This document shows positions 39,901 through 51,156 of a DNA stretch of 64,000 bases, in pieces. The notes beneath the pieces are model-generated. The model saw only the letters and a program-made list of their open reading frames with translations. It was not told the origin of the DNA and ran no database searches. Numbering within the stretch: the first letter of the stretch is position 1; each line of letters starts with the position of its first letter. This DNA is from Chiloscyllium plagiosum (lineage: Eukaryota): the NCBI RefSeq assembly GCF_004010195.1, contig NC_057752.1, forward strand, positions 3,896,379 to 3,960,378, read 5' to 3'. A program made the position numbers and the translations under genes.

Positions 39901-42127
39901 TACTTAGCAAAGACCCGTCATTAAATTTAAATACGTCTGCTTTGTCTGACTCAGCTACTCAGGATTTTGAGCAACTGAATTGTGGGAGGAATCTAGGCAC
40001 TCCTTTTTGATAGTTGAACTGAATGCTTTTTTAAAAATGTTTAAAAATCATGTAGAGAAAAATTCCATAAATATCCCCTTCCTTAATGGTAGAGAAGCTC
40101 AGCATATGAGTGCAAAAGACTTGGCTGAAAGAGATGCATCCAACTTCAGCCAGAAGTGCCAAGTGAATGATTCAACTTGACTTCCTCCTGAAGTCTCCAG
40201 CATCCCAGATGCCAGTCTTTAACCAATTTGATTCGCCCCACATAATATCAATAAATGACTGGTGGAAGTCATACCTAGTACAAAGGAAGTTGGTTAAGAT
40301 TGTTGGAATCTAATCTGGTCACAGGGCATCTGCAGGAGCTCCTCAGGATAGTGTCCTAAGCCCAACCATCTTCCGTTGCTTCAACAATGACTTTTCTTTG
40401 ATCATAAGATCAGATTGGCAACGTTCACAGATGATTTCACAATGTTCAGCACCATTCATGAAACCCTAGATGCTGAATAGTCTGTGTCCATTTCTAGCAA
40501 GACTTAGACAGCATCCAAGCTTGGGCTAATAAAGAGCACAGGTGCCAGGCAATGGTAGTCTTCAACAAGAGACAAACTCGCCATCATCCCTTGATGGCGA
40601 AAGTGAGGACTGCACTCACTGGAGATGAGATGCTGGGGATTAGAGTCAAGAATATGGTGCTGGAAAAGCACAGCAGGTCAGGAAGCATCCGAGGAACAGG
40701 AAAATCGATGTTTCGAGCAAAAGCCCTTCATCAGGGCTGATTCCTGACGAAAGGCTTTTGCCCGCAATGTCGATTTTCCTGCTCCTCGGATGCTGCCAGA
40801 CCTGTGCTTTTCCAGCACCACACTCACGACATCATCCCTTGATGTTCAACGGCACTGAATCCTCCGATTTCCTGGGGGTTAGAAGCACAACTGGACTTTC
40901 CATATAAATACTGTGGCTGTAACAGCAGGTCATAAGGCTAGGAGTTCTGCAGTGAGTAACTCGCCTCCTATCTTCCAAAGTCTGTCCACCATGAAATAAC
41001 ATTTCAGGAGTGTGAAGGAATGCTCTTCATTTTCCAAGGTGAGTACAACTCCAACAACACTCGAAGCTTAACACTATCCAGGCCAAAGCAACCCACTTGA
41101 TTTTCATCAATACTCTTTCAAAACCTGGCAGCAGCTTCCAAATCAACGATCATTACCAGCTTGAAGATCAGGGCAGCAGTTGTATGGGAACACCACCACT
41201 TGGTAAGTTCCCATCCAAACTACACGCCATCTTGACTTGGAAGTATGTCACTGCTTCTTCACTGTTGCTGGGTTAATATCCTTCACAGTACTGTGGGTGT
41301 ATCTACCCCTCCAGGATTGCAGAAGTTCAAGAAGGCAGCTCACCATCACCTGCCAGGACATTTGAAGATGGGCATTAAATGTTGGCCTAACCACAGGTAT
41401 CTACACACTGAACAATGTTAAAACAAATATAGTATACCTTTCCTGAACAGAGGTCAATATTTATTCAGATTAGTTGTTCTGCTGTGTATCAGTATGGATT
41501 TATATCTAAATGAGGTAATTTTCTCTTGTTCGCCCTGTTTATCTCCTCTTGCCATGCAGCTTGCAGAGAGCATGTGCTGGAGATTTGTCAGGCTGGTGAT
41601 AATCCTCTGTGCAACCATTTACTATTATTATAATAAGGACCTGTATAATAATTGGGTTTAGATTTGTTCTTGCTCATTTGCATTGAGAATTTGCAGACTT
41701 TTTTGTAGTAAATAAAATCAGGTTAATTAATAATCAAGGCAAAAAATTGTTGGTCCAAATTTGTTATGCTTTTCTTCTGATTGTCTGGCTGTTTTATGTT
41801 TTTGAGTGAAAGTTGAGTTACCAGATGGCTGTCTTGATCACCAGTAAATTATTTGCTTTTTAAGTTCTAATCAACATAATTGTTGGTGACTGTTCCTTTT
41901 TGTATATTGTTTGTTCTCCCTGTCCAGCTGAATTGTCTATGGCTTAACACCATTTACATTACAGCATTTTATTTTTGAAGCAAATCTGAAAGGACCAGAT
42001 CTTGATGCCATTTCGGAAACTCCCTCAAGCACCCCATCAGCAGCCAGTAGATCTGATACTTGCAGCACACCTCAGAGTAATGGAGGGATAAGGGCTCACG
42101 AGTTTGTCTCTAAAACGGTATGTCTGG

Positions 42128-42162
<35 letters not shown>

Positions 42163-45100
42163 CTCTCTTCCTCCGTGCCATCTTCTGTTAAATTTTTCTG
42201 TTGCCGCAATTTTTGGTTTTGTTTAACTATTCTCCATGTAAACGTTTGACTGCAAGCTTTGTCCCAGATTGTTTTCTGGAGTTTGTCGAGTTTACGTGAT
42301 ATTTTGAAATTATTCAATAATTTTTTAGTTAAGAGCGAGGCTTCTTTTCACGTTTTTGCGATCTATAAGTAAGCCTGGGTGTCATGCGCAAACCTAGGAT
42401 TGTCCCAAGCATGGAGCCAAGTATGATGTAATGGGTGATTTATTATCCCAGGTGTCTGCCTGTGCTTCTCTAAAGAAACTGCTTAAAGGTGTATAAGGTG
42501 AGGTTGGAGGCGCACGTATGTGGTACTGACTTCCACAACCCTGGAACAGTGCTGCAGTATTCCAAATGACAATATGTTTGTCCTTTTTATATTTTTATAG
42601 GTTATAAAGCCAGAATCATGTGTTCCTTGTGGCAAAAGGATCAAATTTGGAAAGCTGGCCTTGAAGTGCCGAGACTGCAGAGTGGTGTCTCACCCTGAAT
42701 GCCGAGATCGCTGTGCACTCCCCTGTATCCCAACTTTGGCAGGAACCCCTGTGAAAATTGGAGAAGTAAGCTTCACCCTTAGTCTGAAAATCTGGTATTG
42801 TTATCAGGCAGCAGAATTGATCAATTAAGCCCTTTGCAATTGTAAAGTAAAACTAGATAAACTTGTCTTAAGTTTTTCAACAGTTTAGACCAGCTAAGTG
42901 TTAACAAATCACTCTCAAACATGAAATGACAAATAGCTATTTACAGTGTAATCAGCTGTGGCATTGAGGTACAATATGATACTTTTTAATATTCCATCAA
43001 GTGTTTTCTTTGTCATAAATGATCTGCATAGTTTAACAAATTATCGATTTGGGTGTATGCAATTAATTTATAAATGAAATGTCTAAGTAAATCACCCTCA
43101 TCTTATCATTCTGAATGACTATGGTATTTCTTCTGAAATATTCATCATTTTGTTTGTGTTGCTTCCAGGGGATTTTGGCAGACTTCACATCTTCGAAGTC
43201 ACCCATGATCCCATCCATTGTGGTGCATTGCATCAATGAGATTGAGCAAAGAGGATTATCTGAGGTAGGACTAAAACCTTTCATTACTAATTTGCCAATT
43301 TGGAGCCTTAATACAAAATAAACTGGAGTCCATCAAACCATTTCCATGTCTAGACGTTAAGTTTTCAAGCTGTTTATATTTTTCTTCTCACGCTATTCAG
43401 TCCTGGAGTTCAAGCTCTGTGTAGGCAACGCACTGATGAATTGTAATTATTGTTAAGCAGGGTACCAACAATTCCGATTATTTTTGTGAAGCTTGAAGGA
43501 ACACACTTTGCCCTATAGAAATAATCCTGCCCTTTTACTAGCTACAGCAATAAATTGAGCATGCACTTGCCCCATTCCAACACAAAATGGCACACGCTCA
43601 TCGAACCTCAAAATGCTGATTGTCACAGGCAGGGGTGTTGGGTGCATAACAGTGGGTCCCCTTCAAAATATTGACATCCTGTTTTAATGCTAGGTGAATT
43701 AATGAGCTTGTGTATAAGTGGGCCATTTATCAAAAAAGTAAGGTTGGAAAAGTGTGTTCAAGGTTCACAGAAATAGCTTGTCAGGTTTAATTGTACAATG
43801 CTAGTAACTGGTGTCTCTATTAGACTGGACTATACCGTATCTCTGGGTGTGACCGCACTGTGAAAGAGCTAAAGGAGAAGTTCCTGAGAGGGAAGAACAT
43901 GCCATTGCTCAGTAAAGTGGATGACATTCATGCAATCTGTGGACTTCTGAAAGATTTTCTGAGGAATTTGAAGGAACCCATTGTGACTTTCAAACTGTAT
44001 TCAGCGTTTGTAAGTGCAGCAGGTTTGTAAATTTTGATTCTGGTGATGAGCTTTGAAAAGAGGAACTTGTTTGTTGAATAACTGAAGATATGACTCAGCA
44101 TGGACAATCCAATGGCAATGAAATAAGAGCAAATTACTGCAGATCTAGAAATCTTGAATAAAAACAGAAAATGGAGAAACTCGGCAGGGCCTGCAGCATC
44201 TGTGAAGAGCAAAATTGAGTTCACTTCAGTACTGAAGATTAGACTTGAAACACTTTAACCCTGTTTCTCTCTTGACTGATGCTGCCAGACCCACTGAGTT
44301 TCATCAGGTGTTTTGTTTTTAATTCAACTAAGTCTGTTTTGAGGGTATATAGGTGTCCAGTCAATATTGCCTTTATTAACTGTTGCTTCTGTTTCTAAAG
44401 GCTCCAATTTTGAGACTTAAAATACTAATCATTCTTTAAATATTCGCTGTTCTTTTAATTTTGATGTCAAGTAATCTGTACGTTAGAAAGAAATGAAACA
44501 GCTGTTGCCAGGAAGATCCCAGGTTTGAAGCCCAGTCATTTTTGTACCGCCTCGCCAATGATGACTAAATTCAATGAAATTAAACTCAATGCCTTCCTCG
44601 TTGTCATGAGAGAACCTTGCAGATTTCTGCTCTTGATCATTATTGTGTCATCCGCCCCTCCCATACTCTGCTCGTGTGGGGATATTAGCAAAATCGTCAT
44701 CAGTAGGAGCTGGCTGTGATGCTTCCTGTGATCAGGTTGCCTGCTGGTACTTCCTGTAAAGGTGTGCAGACACAATACCATTTGGGTGAGGTGCCAACAG
44801 ACAGCACCCAATACTGTCTGGAGCAGAAGGAAAAGTCTGATTTTGGGGGGGGAAAATGAATCCCAAAACTATGGTTCAGGAGGGAAAGGGGAAACAAATT
44901 GGGTTACTAGATTGTTAGTTGAACTAGTAAACTTTAACAACCTTGCTAATTTAACATTGGGTATGAAGGCACTTTACAAAGTAGTCAATCCACCTGAGGG
45001 TTCAGATGTGCTCAATAGAAAGGAGCAGCAAGTGTTTGTTGTTTTTAAACTCTTCTGGAGCTATTTGCTTTCCCTTGCATTGGAGCATATGTTTTTGCTT

Positions 45101-48100
45101 TTTTTTATATCTGGCAAGTTTGCTGGTTAAGACAGAGTGGAGTTTAGATTATTGGTCCTGTGTAAAATTGTTGGATATTAACCTAAAAGGGAATGGTATT
45201 CTATGATTGATTTTTTTTTTTGTGCTATATCATTGTGCTTCAGTCTATTCAAAGGGGATAAAATTTTGCAATGTATATTAAAACTGGACTTGTTTTCCTG
45301 TAGGAAATGTAAATTAATTCATTTCATGCATTCAACAGAATTCAGCGTTCCTAACTGATCTTTCCCTAGGGGCAGAGATGTTGCGCAGCTTGTCTCACCA
45401 ATGTTTTGTTTCATTCTGTAGAAATCCCTGACGATGATAACAGTGTTGCAGCAATGTATCAGGCTATCAGTGAGCTGCCCCAACCTAACCGAGATACTTT
45501 GGCATTTCTGATGATTCATCTGCAGAGGTATGTTTGGAAACTTTTGCAGTTTAAGACATTCACTACATCAGGGGTGTCCAATCCTTGGCAGCATTTGTTG
45601 TGGCTGGTGAGTGGCTGATGCATCATAATACATTATTGATTAAAATCTCAATTAAAAGCAGCCATTTCTCATTTTATGAGCGTGTGAATTGGGAGCAGAA
45701 GCAGGCCACTTGATTCTTTTTGCTTCTGCTCCCACCATTCAGTGTGATCTAGGCTCTGGCCTCCACTCCAAATTCCTATCTATCCCCTGATAACCTTTGA
45801 CTCTATTAGTTAGTGAAGAATCTGTCTATTTCTGCCTTAAAAATGTGTCAACGACCCAGCCTCCTCCATCTACAGAGGAGTGAGTTACACTGACACATGA
45901 TCCCCTGGCAGAAACAATTCCTCCCCAACTTTGTCTTCAGTGGGAGACCACTTGTTCTTGCCTCTCCAAAAAGGGAAAATAGTATCCACCGCATCAAATC
46001 CTCTCAGGATTTTGTATGTTATTAATAATATCACATCTCATTCTTCTAAATCTGAATGAGTATTGTGCAACCTTTCCAGAGAAAACCCCTTCGTTCCAGG
46101 TTGCAATCAACTGAACTTTCTCCTAACTGCTTTTCGTGCAATTATATCTTAAATAAGGAGACCAAAAATATACACAGTACACTAAATGTGGTCTCGCATT
46201 GCCATTTTCCTTCTCTCCTTTCCTATCCCGTTCTTCATCTTTTCAATTGCTTTGTAAACAAAAACATGGAGTGAATGCAACTTTGAATCTTGCATGAGTG
46301 GAGGCAGAAGCACTCTGTGCACTGGTTGCCCTTTGCTTGGAAAGGAGTGTAGTTTGACAGGTTCCACTTCATTTCTTTCGTGGGGTTAGGTTTAAATCTT
46401 TTGTTAAGCTTATGACTTCTCATGAAGTAGAAACATTTCCTTTTTATCTACATATTCAAGCTATAATTTGATCTCTGGATTTATTTTTAACTGAGCCTAA
46501 GAAACAGAACAGAAAAAGAAACTGTTCCAGAACCGAGAAGATACCTCACCAATTGGAGAGGTTTTTATAGCCACTTCCAGAATGAGACAGGACATGTTAG
46601 AAGCTACAAAACAAAGCCTTCAAGATGAGATCCAGACTTTGCAAACTCATGTGGAGACAATTCAACAAGTGTTATCTGACCTTAAAAGTCCAGCTCTGTG
46701 CAAAATTCAGAAACCACACCAGCCTTGAAGCCAATCTTGAGCTGTTTATTCTCCCAGTCGTGTTTCGCTCAATTCAATGTTTCAATTCAAATTTGCAAAA
46801 ACAAAATCTGTCATTTTGTTCATGATTATTGGACTGAAGTTTAAGATTTTTGTCCTGTATCTCCATTTATTTGATGGAAACATTTTTTTATTAATAGGCA
46901 TTAGCGAAATTTCATTGCATCATGGAAATTTAATATGGCTTGTGCACCAGTTAGCTGGCTGTATGGTTCTGCTGTGTTCCATTGCTATAAAATCTTGAAT
47001 AATATTTTGCTTGCTTCATTGGTCTGCTCAAGTAAACCAGAAAGTTTGCTTAATTTGATGCAAAACTCTGAACTTGAGTTTTTTTTTCCCTCCCAGAGTG
47101 GCTAACAGCCCAAAATGCAAGATGGACATAACTAACCTTGCCAAGGTCTTTGGCCCTACAATAGTGGGTTATTCCACACCTGATCCATCTCCCATGTCAA
47201 TGCTACAGGAAACCAAGCAGCAACCAAAGGTACGTAGGTGGTGGTCCCAGGTGGTGGAATCAAGTTTGGGCTTTTAAAGTTAACCCTTCCTTTCATGTTC
47301 CTAAGTGACATGCAGAGCTACTGGTGATCAAAACATCTGGTGTACACTGCAAACATTCTGACATCTGTACTGTAATTGCTGCTTTCTGCAGAGGTGAAAA
47401 GGGTGAACTTGGGTCATTATCTCAAAAGGCACAAGACTGTTAGAATTTCTGGTGCTTGCAGTTGGAAGTTTATCTGACGTTGGTGCTATGTGCATCATGT
47501 CACAAAGACAGTCACAGTAGCAATCTTTTATTGTGAACATTATTGTTTTATCTTGGGTTAACCACTAATTGCACAAACCATAATCTCTAGCCTTGGACTT
47601 AATGGCGCAAATAAGTACTCTTATGATCTAGTTATCTGTGACTTTACAAGGTTTTCAGGTAAAATGGTAGCAAGCAGTCTTTTTTTGTTTGTGTGTCTGT
47701 TTTGAAACTGACAATTTAAATGTTGCTGCTTTTGTGGTAGGTGGTTGAACGTTTCCTATCTTTGCCAGTGGAATACTGGAACCAGTTTACAATGGTGGAA
47801 CAGGAGAATATCCAACCTAATCATATCATTGAAAATTCTAATGCTTACAGCACTCCTGATATGAAAGGTAATACTCACGGTTATCTAAACTGGTGAAATA
47901 CCATTCTGACTTGTTTCAAGCTTTGCACTTGAGGGTATCCTCCAATAGTTCAAAATTATTCTTAAGATCGATTTTTCAAGTCTGCTATCGGAAAGATGTT
48001 ATTAAACTTGCAAATCTTTTCTGAACGCTTTCAAGGATGTTGCCAGGTTTGGAGGATTTGGGCTATAGGGAGAGGCTGAATAGGCTGGGGCTTTTTCTCC

Positions 48101-51100
48101 CTGGAGCGTCGAATGCTGAGGGGTGACCTTATAGAGGTTTATAAAATCATGAGGGACATGGATTGGGTAAATAGTCAAGGTCTCTTTCCCAGGGTAGGGG
48201 AGTCCAAAACTTGAGGGCATAGGTTTCAGGTGAGGGGGAACGATTTAAAAAGGGCCTGAACGGCCCCCTTTTCACACAGAGGGTGGTGCGTGTACAGAAT
48301 GACCTGCCAGAGAAGGTGGTGGAGATGGGTACAGTTACAACATTTAAAAGGTATCTGTATAGGTGGATGAATAAGAAGGGTTCTGAGGGATATGGGCTAA
48401 GTGCTGGCAAACGGAAATAGATTGGTTTACATATCTGTCAGTGCGGATGAGTTGGACTGACTGGTCTGTCTCTGTGCTGTATAACTATGACTGTTAGACC
48501 ACTTGGTCCACTGACACCAGTACCTAGCTAAGTCAAAGACTCAGCTTGTGACTTAACCTTAGCATGATCCCATAACATGATGCTGACTCCATCTTTTAGT
48601 TGTGACATTAAACTATGCCATGACCATACTCTGTAGATCCTGTTACAATATTCAAAACCAGGGAACGGGTTCTCCTCATGACTTTGCCAGCATTCGTTCC
48701 TCAAACAGCAGTTCATTCACCATTACTGTAGGATCTTGCTATGTGCAAAATGGATGCTCTGTTTAATAAATTCACTGACACTGCCAATATAATTCATGTA
48801 AGTCACTTTGGGATGTTTGTGAAATGTGACCAGCTGCGACTGTTGAGACCATGGCTCTTTTATTTTTTTCTCTCATTTTTTGGTTTGGACCTGAGAGTTG
48901 AAATTAAGAATTGAACTTTGAATTATAGCTTGCTTTAAAAAGTGCTAACAAGAAGTGAACTAATAGAATCACTGCAACAAGTTGACGAGTATTTTAATTT
49001 GCTGCTGTGAAAAATGCCCAGTATTAATGCACTTGTATGTACATTTGTTAGACTATTAAAAGTGTAGGTGGTAAGTCAGTGTCATAAACTCTCCAAAGTA
49101 ATTGTAATTAAAAACCCCATTTTACACCTGTCTCCTTTCATTGCTTGAAAAGGCTGGTGTAATACTTTATTGAGAAGTTCTCATTTCATTTTGATATCTC
49201 TTCAACTTTGTGCAGTAGTTAGGAATTTTCATTCGTCTATGAAAATTCAGCTTTCCAGGCCTTCCACAACATCCAGGACTGCTCCATTGATGCACATGAG
49301 AGCATAAGCCACTTATCTTGGTGACGTGCTATTACTGTGCATGCAGATACTGTACTTGCACCAGCCTGGGTCCTCCTAAACCAGGAGCACCCAAGTCAGG
49401 ATTATGTCAGGCACAACAGATCTCACTAGTAAAATCTGGTCCAAATTGTAGATCTATCTGCAAATGGAGCTGCTCCAGGACATAATTGGTGCTCCAGTTT
49501 CCTCCCACAATCCAAATATGTGCGGGTTAGGTGAATTGGCCAAGCTAAGATTGTCCATAATGTTCAGGGATGTGTAGGTTAGGGGTAAATGTAGAGTAAC
49601 GTGGAATGGTTCTGGGTGGGTTACTCTTCGGAGGGCCGGTGTGGACTTGTAGGGCTGATTGGCTTGTTTCCATACTGTAGGGATTCTATAACGATCATCT
49701 ATGTGTAACTACACGTTAGTGCAGTCTCAACATAACGGATCTTCCATGAAAATCTAAATGTAAACTCTTGAAAGTATCTGGAGATAAATTACATTTTGGG
49801 TTTCATTTTCTTTGAAGTCTAATTCATTGGTTTCTTCGCAGTGAGTATGCTTGGACCACTGACCACTCCAGAACATCAAATAATTGGCAAAACCCCTTCA
49901 TCCAGCTCCTTATCTGCACGTGTCAAATCCAGTCTGACCAAGACCACTCCCAAGTAAGTAATCTCTCCTGCAGTCTCGAATCTGATGTAAGAAATGCTGT
50001 TTAATTACCATGTTACAGGGGCCAGTTTGTATGTTTGGGTTGCTCCCCCAGTTACCCTTTCCTTGTCTGATATCAATGGCCTTTCAATGTCACTGGGTGG
50101 GACTGCTGGGATTCTCTATGGGTGTAACCACATGGACTGGAGTAATTCAAGAAGGCAGGATGCCACCATTTTCTTGAGGGCAATTGGATGGGCAGTGAAG
50201 TTTTCCCTGAGCCAGGAACAACCACATTCGGTGAACAAAGGAGAAAAGGATCTTGAGATTTTAGTTGAAGCTCACACGCACACGACCCCACCCCACCCCG
50301 ATCTCTGTCACCATCATCACCACACCACCACATCTCTCTCTGATGTGCACGCGTGCTTGCTCTCATGCATGCTCCTCTCTCTCTCTCTCTCTCGCACGCT
50401 TGCTCTGTTCCCCCGTCCTCTGTTCCCCCTACTCCTTCCCCTCCTTTCCCCCTGCTCCTCCTTCCCCACCCCGCTCCTCTTTTTCCCCCCTTCCCTTCAG
50501 TCACTCACTCACGCCTCTCGCTCATATGCACCCTAACCATCTTCCCATCTCCTCCCTTGTGCACACACTTCCTCCTCCCGATTTCCCTCACACACATTCC
50601 CTCCCCTTTTGTGGGCAGGCACTCCTTCACCCTCTGACATCATCTTTCCCAGACAGTATTGGTTGATAACACCAAATGTTGATCTTTTTCCTTTCAACAT
50701 AATAAGTTTGGGATTGTCACAATAATTCCATCGTTCAAAGTTAAAAGCTAGGAACTTCCTTTTCCTGAGGATCCTTGATATTTCTGTTAATATTTTGTAA
50801 ACAAATCAGTTTCAGAATGAATGGTCTCAATTGCTATGCAACATTTACACTGTTCGGGTCTGATTGCAAGCTCTGCCTGTACCCAAATTGCTTGATTAAT
50901 TTGAAGTGACTTGTATTTGTTCAGCTCCATAACTGTCTTGCTGCTTCTACTTTTGAGGGCATTAAAGTTATTTTCTGCCTGCTCTGATCAAATCCAAAAC
51001 CTTGCAATCTGACAAGCAAAACTGCAAACAATTACCATGAAACCTTTTCCTTCAATTTCATTTTGTTAAATGTTTTACAGGTTTGGAAGCAAAGGCAAGT

Positions 51101-51156
51101 CATCAGTCAATTTTAATCGAACTGGAAACTTCTTTGCCTCCCCATTATTGAAATAA
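24848..51156 (+). CDS. RACGAP1: Rac GTPase-activating protein 1 (MgcRacGAP/CYK4, centralspindlin subunit); 16 coding exons, 1893 nt, 630 aa
   Basis: All exons are GT-AG and phase-compatible; coiled coil, C1 zinc finger, RhoGAP domain (GLYRISG arginine finger) and C-terminal FFASPLLK match vertebrate RACGAP1. Confidence 0.98.
26093..26218. mobile_element. Family A fold-back mini-PLE remnant
   Basis: Short inverted arms; 11-bp duplication TCCAGATTCAA at 26082-26092 and 26219-26229. Confidence 0.7.
26451..26653 (+). CDS. RACGAP1: RACGAP1 coding exon 2 (coiled coil)
   Basis: [17 protein letters not shown]...[36 protein letters not shown]. Confidence 0.97.
27052..28578 (+). mobile_element. Degenerate PLE (family C-related) with 5' inverted pseudo-LTR and RT remnant
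   Basis: [10 protein letters not shown] (~27680-27710), FYGLPKI and PLRPIV motifs; inverted ends 27055-27115 and 28490-28545; tail ACCTGAGCTACAAATCTTCTCA. Confidence 0.8.
28070..28482 (+). mobile_element. Family A PLE 3' end nested in the previous PLE
   Basis: [15 protein letters not shown]-rich UTR and decayed hammerhead CTGATGA at 28411. Confidence 0.7.
31226..31470 (-). mobile_element. Tx1/L1-clade 3' fragment
   Basis: Reverse-complement homolog of 3436-3615. Confidence 0.6.
33540..33679 (+). CDS. RACGAP1: RACGAP1 coding exon 3
   Basis: [34 protein letters not shown]...SNK. Confidence 0.97.
34093..34132 (-). ncRNA. Minimal type I hammerhead ribozyme motif (intact)
   Basis: Minus strand GCA-CTGAGGA-T-GTC(A)CCT-AGAC-AGG(G)GAC-GAAA-CG-TT-TGC; stem I GCA/TGC; palindromic ACGT. 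Confidence 0.75.
34302..34610 (+). mobile_element. Full-length HE1-type V-SINE (tRNA-derived)
   Basis: A-box TGGCACAGTGG, B-box GAGTTCAATTCCC, V-core TCTGCGTGGGTTTCCTCCGGGTGCTCCGGTTTCCTCCCACAGTCC, (AATCT)n tail, AGGAC duplication. Confidence 0.92.
35680..36060 (+). mobile_element. Deu-SINE remnant
   Basis: TGTTTGTGGGACCTTGCTGTGCGCAAACTGGCTGC...ACTGCATTTCAAAAGT, AmnSINE1-type 3' region. Confidence 0.6.
36375..36450 (+). CDS. RACGAP1: RACGAP1 coding exon 4
   Basis: [26 protein letters not shown]. Confidence 0.96.
37082..37135 (+). CDS. RACGAP1: RACGAP1 coding exon 5
   Basis: [18 protein letters not shown]. Confidence 0.96.
38902..38967 (+). CDS. RACGAP1: RACGAP1 coding exon 6
   Basis: [22 protein letters not shown]; tag| and |gtgagt. 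Confidence 0.92.
39448..39565 (+). CDS. RACGAP1: RACGAP1 coding exon 7
   Basis: [39 protein letters not shown]. Confidence 0.97.
40130..41400 (+). mobile_element. Older CR1/L2-group LINE remnant (YKAQVRS family)
   Basis: [13 protein letters not shown]...FTDD RT remnants; 3' tail GATGGGCATTAAATGTTGGCC. Confidence 0.7.
40597..40829. mobile_element. Family A fold-back mini-PLE with two opposed hammerhead motifs
   Basis: Inverted arms; minus motif CTGATGA-A-GGGC-TTTT-GCTC-GAAA-CA-TC (40704-40737); 15-bp TSD CATCATCCCTTGATG at 40582-40596 and 40830-40844. Confidence 0.85.
41981..42117 (+). CDS. RACGAP1: RACGAP1 coding exon 8
   Basis: [10 protein letters not shown]...[17 protein letters not shown]; acceptor tttttgaag chosen for phase-1 compatibility. 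Confidence 0.88.
42132..42167. repeat. (CT)n microsatellite just after a splice donor
   Basis: Direct reading. Confidence 0.9.
42601..42765 (+). CDS. RACGAP1: RACGAP1 coding exon 9 (C1 domain)
   Basis: [55 protein letters not shown]. Confidence 0.98.
43169..43264 (+). CDS. RACGAP1: RACGAP1 coding exon 10
   Basis: [32 protein letters not shown]. Confidence 0.98.
43824..44022 (+). CDS. RACGAP1: RACGAP1 coding exon 11 (GAP arginine finger)
   Basis: [21 protein letters not shown]...[16 protein letters not shown]; Arg codon 43836-43838. Confidence 0.97.
44122..44326. mobile_element. Old fold-back element of PLE type (decayed)
   Basis: Inverted arms AAACTCGGCAGGGCCTGCAGCATC / GATGCTGCCAGACCCACTGAGTTT around CTGAAGA...GAAAC. 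Confidence 0.5.
45422..45527 (+). CDS. RACGAP1: RACGAP1 coding exon 12
   Basis: [36 protein letters not shown]. Confidence 0.98.
47097..47229 (+). CDS. RACGAP1: RACGAP1 coding exon 13
   Basis: [24 protein letters not shown]...QQPK. Confidence 0.98.
47741..47867 (+). CDS. RACGAP1: RACGAP1 coding exon 14
   Basis: [23 protein letters not shown]...NAYSTPDMK. Confidence 0.97.
47980..48492 (+). mobile_element. CR1 (HER1-like) 3' fragment
   Basis: Same 3' end as 7213-9471. Confidence 0.85.
49488..49690 (+). mobile_element. HE1-type SINE 3' part
   Basis: GGTGCTCCAGTTTCCTCCCACAATCC...GGTGTGGACTTG. Confidence 0.75.
49842..49953 (+). CDS. RACGAP1: RACGAP1 coding exon 15
   Basis: [37 protein letters not shown]. 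Confidence 0.97.
51081..51156 (+). CDS. RACGAP1: RACGAP1 last coding exon
   Basis: [25 protein letters not shown]. Confidence 0.97.

Noticed and set aside
41921..41964. Upstream acceptors (tccag 41927, ttacag 41964) for coding exon 8
   Set aside because: They are in the wrong phase for the preceding phase-1 donor; only 41980 keeps the frame.
46440..46900. Possible solo LTR-like sequence (also ~4780-5230 and 17600-17900)
   Set aside because: I could not establish termini, TSDs or a second copy.
49838..49846. GTGAGT overlapping the acceptor of coding exon 15 as a recursive splice site
   Set aside because: The G is shared with the AG, so this is not AG|GT geometry; it is explained by Val-Ser codons.
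49994..50666. ORFs of 94-180 aa in the last RACGAP1 intron
   Set aside because: Low-complexity CT/CA-rich sequence plus a LINE tail, with no recognisable domain.
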